Source: Candidatus Heimdallarchaeota archaeon (GTDB lineage: Archaea > Asgardarchaeota > Heimdallarchaeia > Hodarchaeales > Hodarchaeaceae). From it: 24,000 nucleotides of DNA. Below the pieces are notes generated by a model. The model did no database searches. It saw only the letters and a list, made by a program, of their open reading frames with translations, and was not told the DNA's origin. This document shows, in pieces, positions 23,120 through 24,000 of the stretch (positions are counted from its first letter, which is position 1; each line of letters begins with the position of its first letter). Location of the stretch: positions 44,176 through 68,175 of the forward strand of contig JBHLSH010000009.1 of NCBI GenBank assembly GCA_048881705.1, read 5' to 3'. A program made the translations under genes and the position numbers.

Positions 23120-24000
23120 CTATTTCCTTCGATTCCTTTTGGTAACCACTACAAACGTGTTTAGCACCGAAAGAATGACTAAGATTGATGGAAAGGAGGA
23201 TGATTTCGGGATGCTCAATCCTATTGGTGTGACACTTACCTCGATGGAAAACCCACTCTCCCCGATGGCATTCATTGCTGTTACCACATAGTAATAGGTC
23301 GTATTTCCCTGTACCAAGGTGTCATTGAAGCTGCCCGTCATTGTGATACCCATAAACCTATATTCACCCGCGGTGGTACCCCGGTAGACCCGATACTGCG
23401 TGATTGTCGATCCGCCATCATCCGTGGGCGCAGCCCAGCTTAATGTAACAAAATTCTCACCTGCAGTAGCGGAAAGATCTATGGGCGCACTCGGAACCGC
23501 TACCCCAGGTTCTCGAGGGTTCTCCACCTGAAGTTGAATGGAAGCAGACTCCTGCCTTCCCAGCGCGCTGACTGCTATCACTACTACTGGGATAGCCCCA
23601 TTCTCTGATATGGTACTATCCCATGAACAACCAAACGGGATGCTTTCATCAACGGCTATTAAACGGCCTCCAACATAGAAAAAGACCGTATCGATCCCAT
23701 TTGGAGCATCTGCCGAAACAGCGATAGTGATCACCCCTGCCACAGTACTATTGTCTTGGGGACTAATTATTCGAACCTGGGGCCTAGGATTTTCTATGGT
23801 AAAGGAAATCACCACTTTATCCAGAACTGGGGAAGAATCTTGAGTCTCATCAGATTCGAAAAAGACCCGATAGCGTAAAAACTGAGCTAATCCTTCAAAA
23901 GGAAACGATGAATTGGAAACAGATGTATAGACAAAATCCAAATCATTGGTAGTATTGGACAGCCCAACCTGAACCTTTAATGATGTATTTACAGGCGGAT
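23120..24000 (-). CDS. Cell-surface protein, C-terminal part: Ig-like domain, fibronectin type III domain, C-terminal TM anchor (5' end outside the window)
   Basis: The FN3 domain is PSAPIDLSATAGENFVTLSWAAPTDDGGSTITQYRVYRGTTAGEYRFMG...NTTYYYVVTAMNAIGESGFS. The Ig-like segment is VRIISPQDNSTVAGVITIAVSADAPNGIDTVFFYVGG. The C-terminus FPSILVILSVLNTFVVVTKRNRRK is a hydrophobic helix plus a basic tail. The reading frame stays open upstream of the track's TTG (23941) to base 24000. Confidence 0.7.
   Translation of the reverse strand, partial: PPVNTSLKVQVGLSNTTNDLDFVYTSVSNSSFPFEGLAQFLRYRVFFESDETQDSSPVLDKVVISFTIENPRPQVRIISPQDNSTVAGVITIAVSADAPNGIDTVFFYVGGRLIAVDESIPFGCSWDSTISENGAIPVVVIAVSALGRQESASIQLQVENPREPGVAVPSAPIDLSATAGENFVTLSWAAPTDDGGSTITQYRVYRGTTAGEYRFMGITMTGSFNDTLVQGNTTYYYVVTAMNAIGESGFSIEVSVTPIGLSIPKSSSFPSILVILSVLNTFVVVTKRNRRK

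Noticed and set aside
23939-23941. TTG at 23941 as the true start of the surface protein
   Set aside because: The same frame stays open upstream to the window edge (..PPVNTSLKVQVGLSNTTNDL-DFVYTS..). The 273-aa version also lacks a signal peptide, which a surface protein needs. I treat the gene as 5'-truncated by the window.

Overview
This window reads as an archaeal chromosomal segment that is mostly housekeeping genes. I did not compute GC content, but by eye it is in the mid-40s percent. The archaeal assignment rests on eS4, RNase P protein Rpp29 between uL29 and uS17, aSUI1, RNA polymerase subunit P, a type-2 methionine aminopeptidase, a zinc-type uS14 and a tRNA-His with an encoded G-1. 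I cannot assign a lineage from the sequence alone.

Content from left to right:
- The 3' end of acs.
- A minus-strand run: map, a 658-aa unknown protein, then DUF167.
- A 665-aa helical protein with a near-perfect 75-bp tandem repeat.
- A tightly packed minus-strand array: cobA-type adenosyltransferase, split methylmalonyl-CoA mutase, a 44-aa ORF, rpoP, SUI1, DUF211, and a 107-aa ORF.
- surE, tRNA-His and an LLM/F420-type oxidoreductase.
- An inverted, isolated uS19.
- The operon uL22-uS3-uL29-rnp1-uS17-uL14-uL24-eS4-uL5-uS14, which runs directly into a Taw2/Trm5-family gene.
- A protein with TPR-like repeats and a HEPN motif, next to a 462-aa TPR protein.
- A divergent DoxX/HxlR pair with palindromic operator candidates.
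- The 3' part of an FN3/Ig-like surface protein.

I saw no CRISPR array, rRNA, transposase or integrase. The most promising uncharacterised candidates are:
- The TPR/HEPN-motif pair.
- The 658-aa protein (coiled coil plus three PRC-barrel-like modules), which is coupled to DUF167.
- The repeat-bearing 665-aa protein.

All three are inferences from motifs only. Two genes below the ORF-track cutoff (rpoP, uS14) and one 44-aa ORF were found by manual translation.
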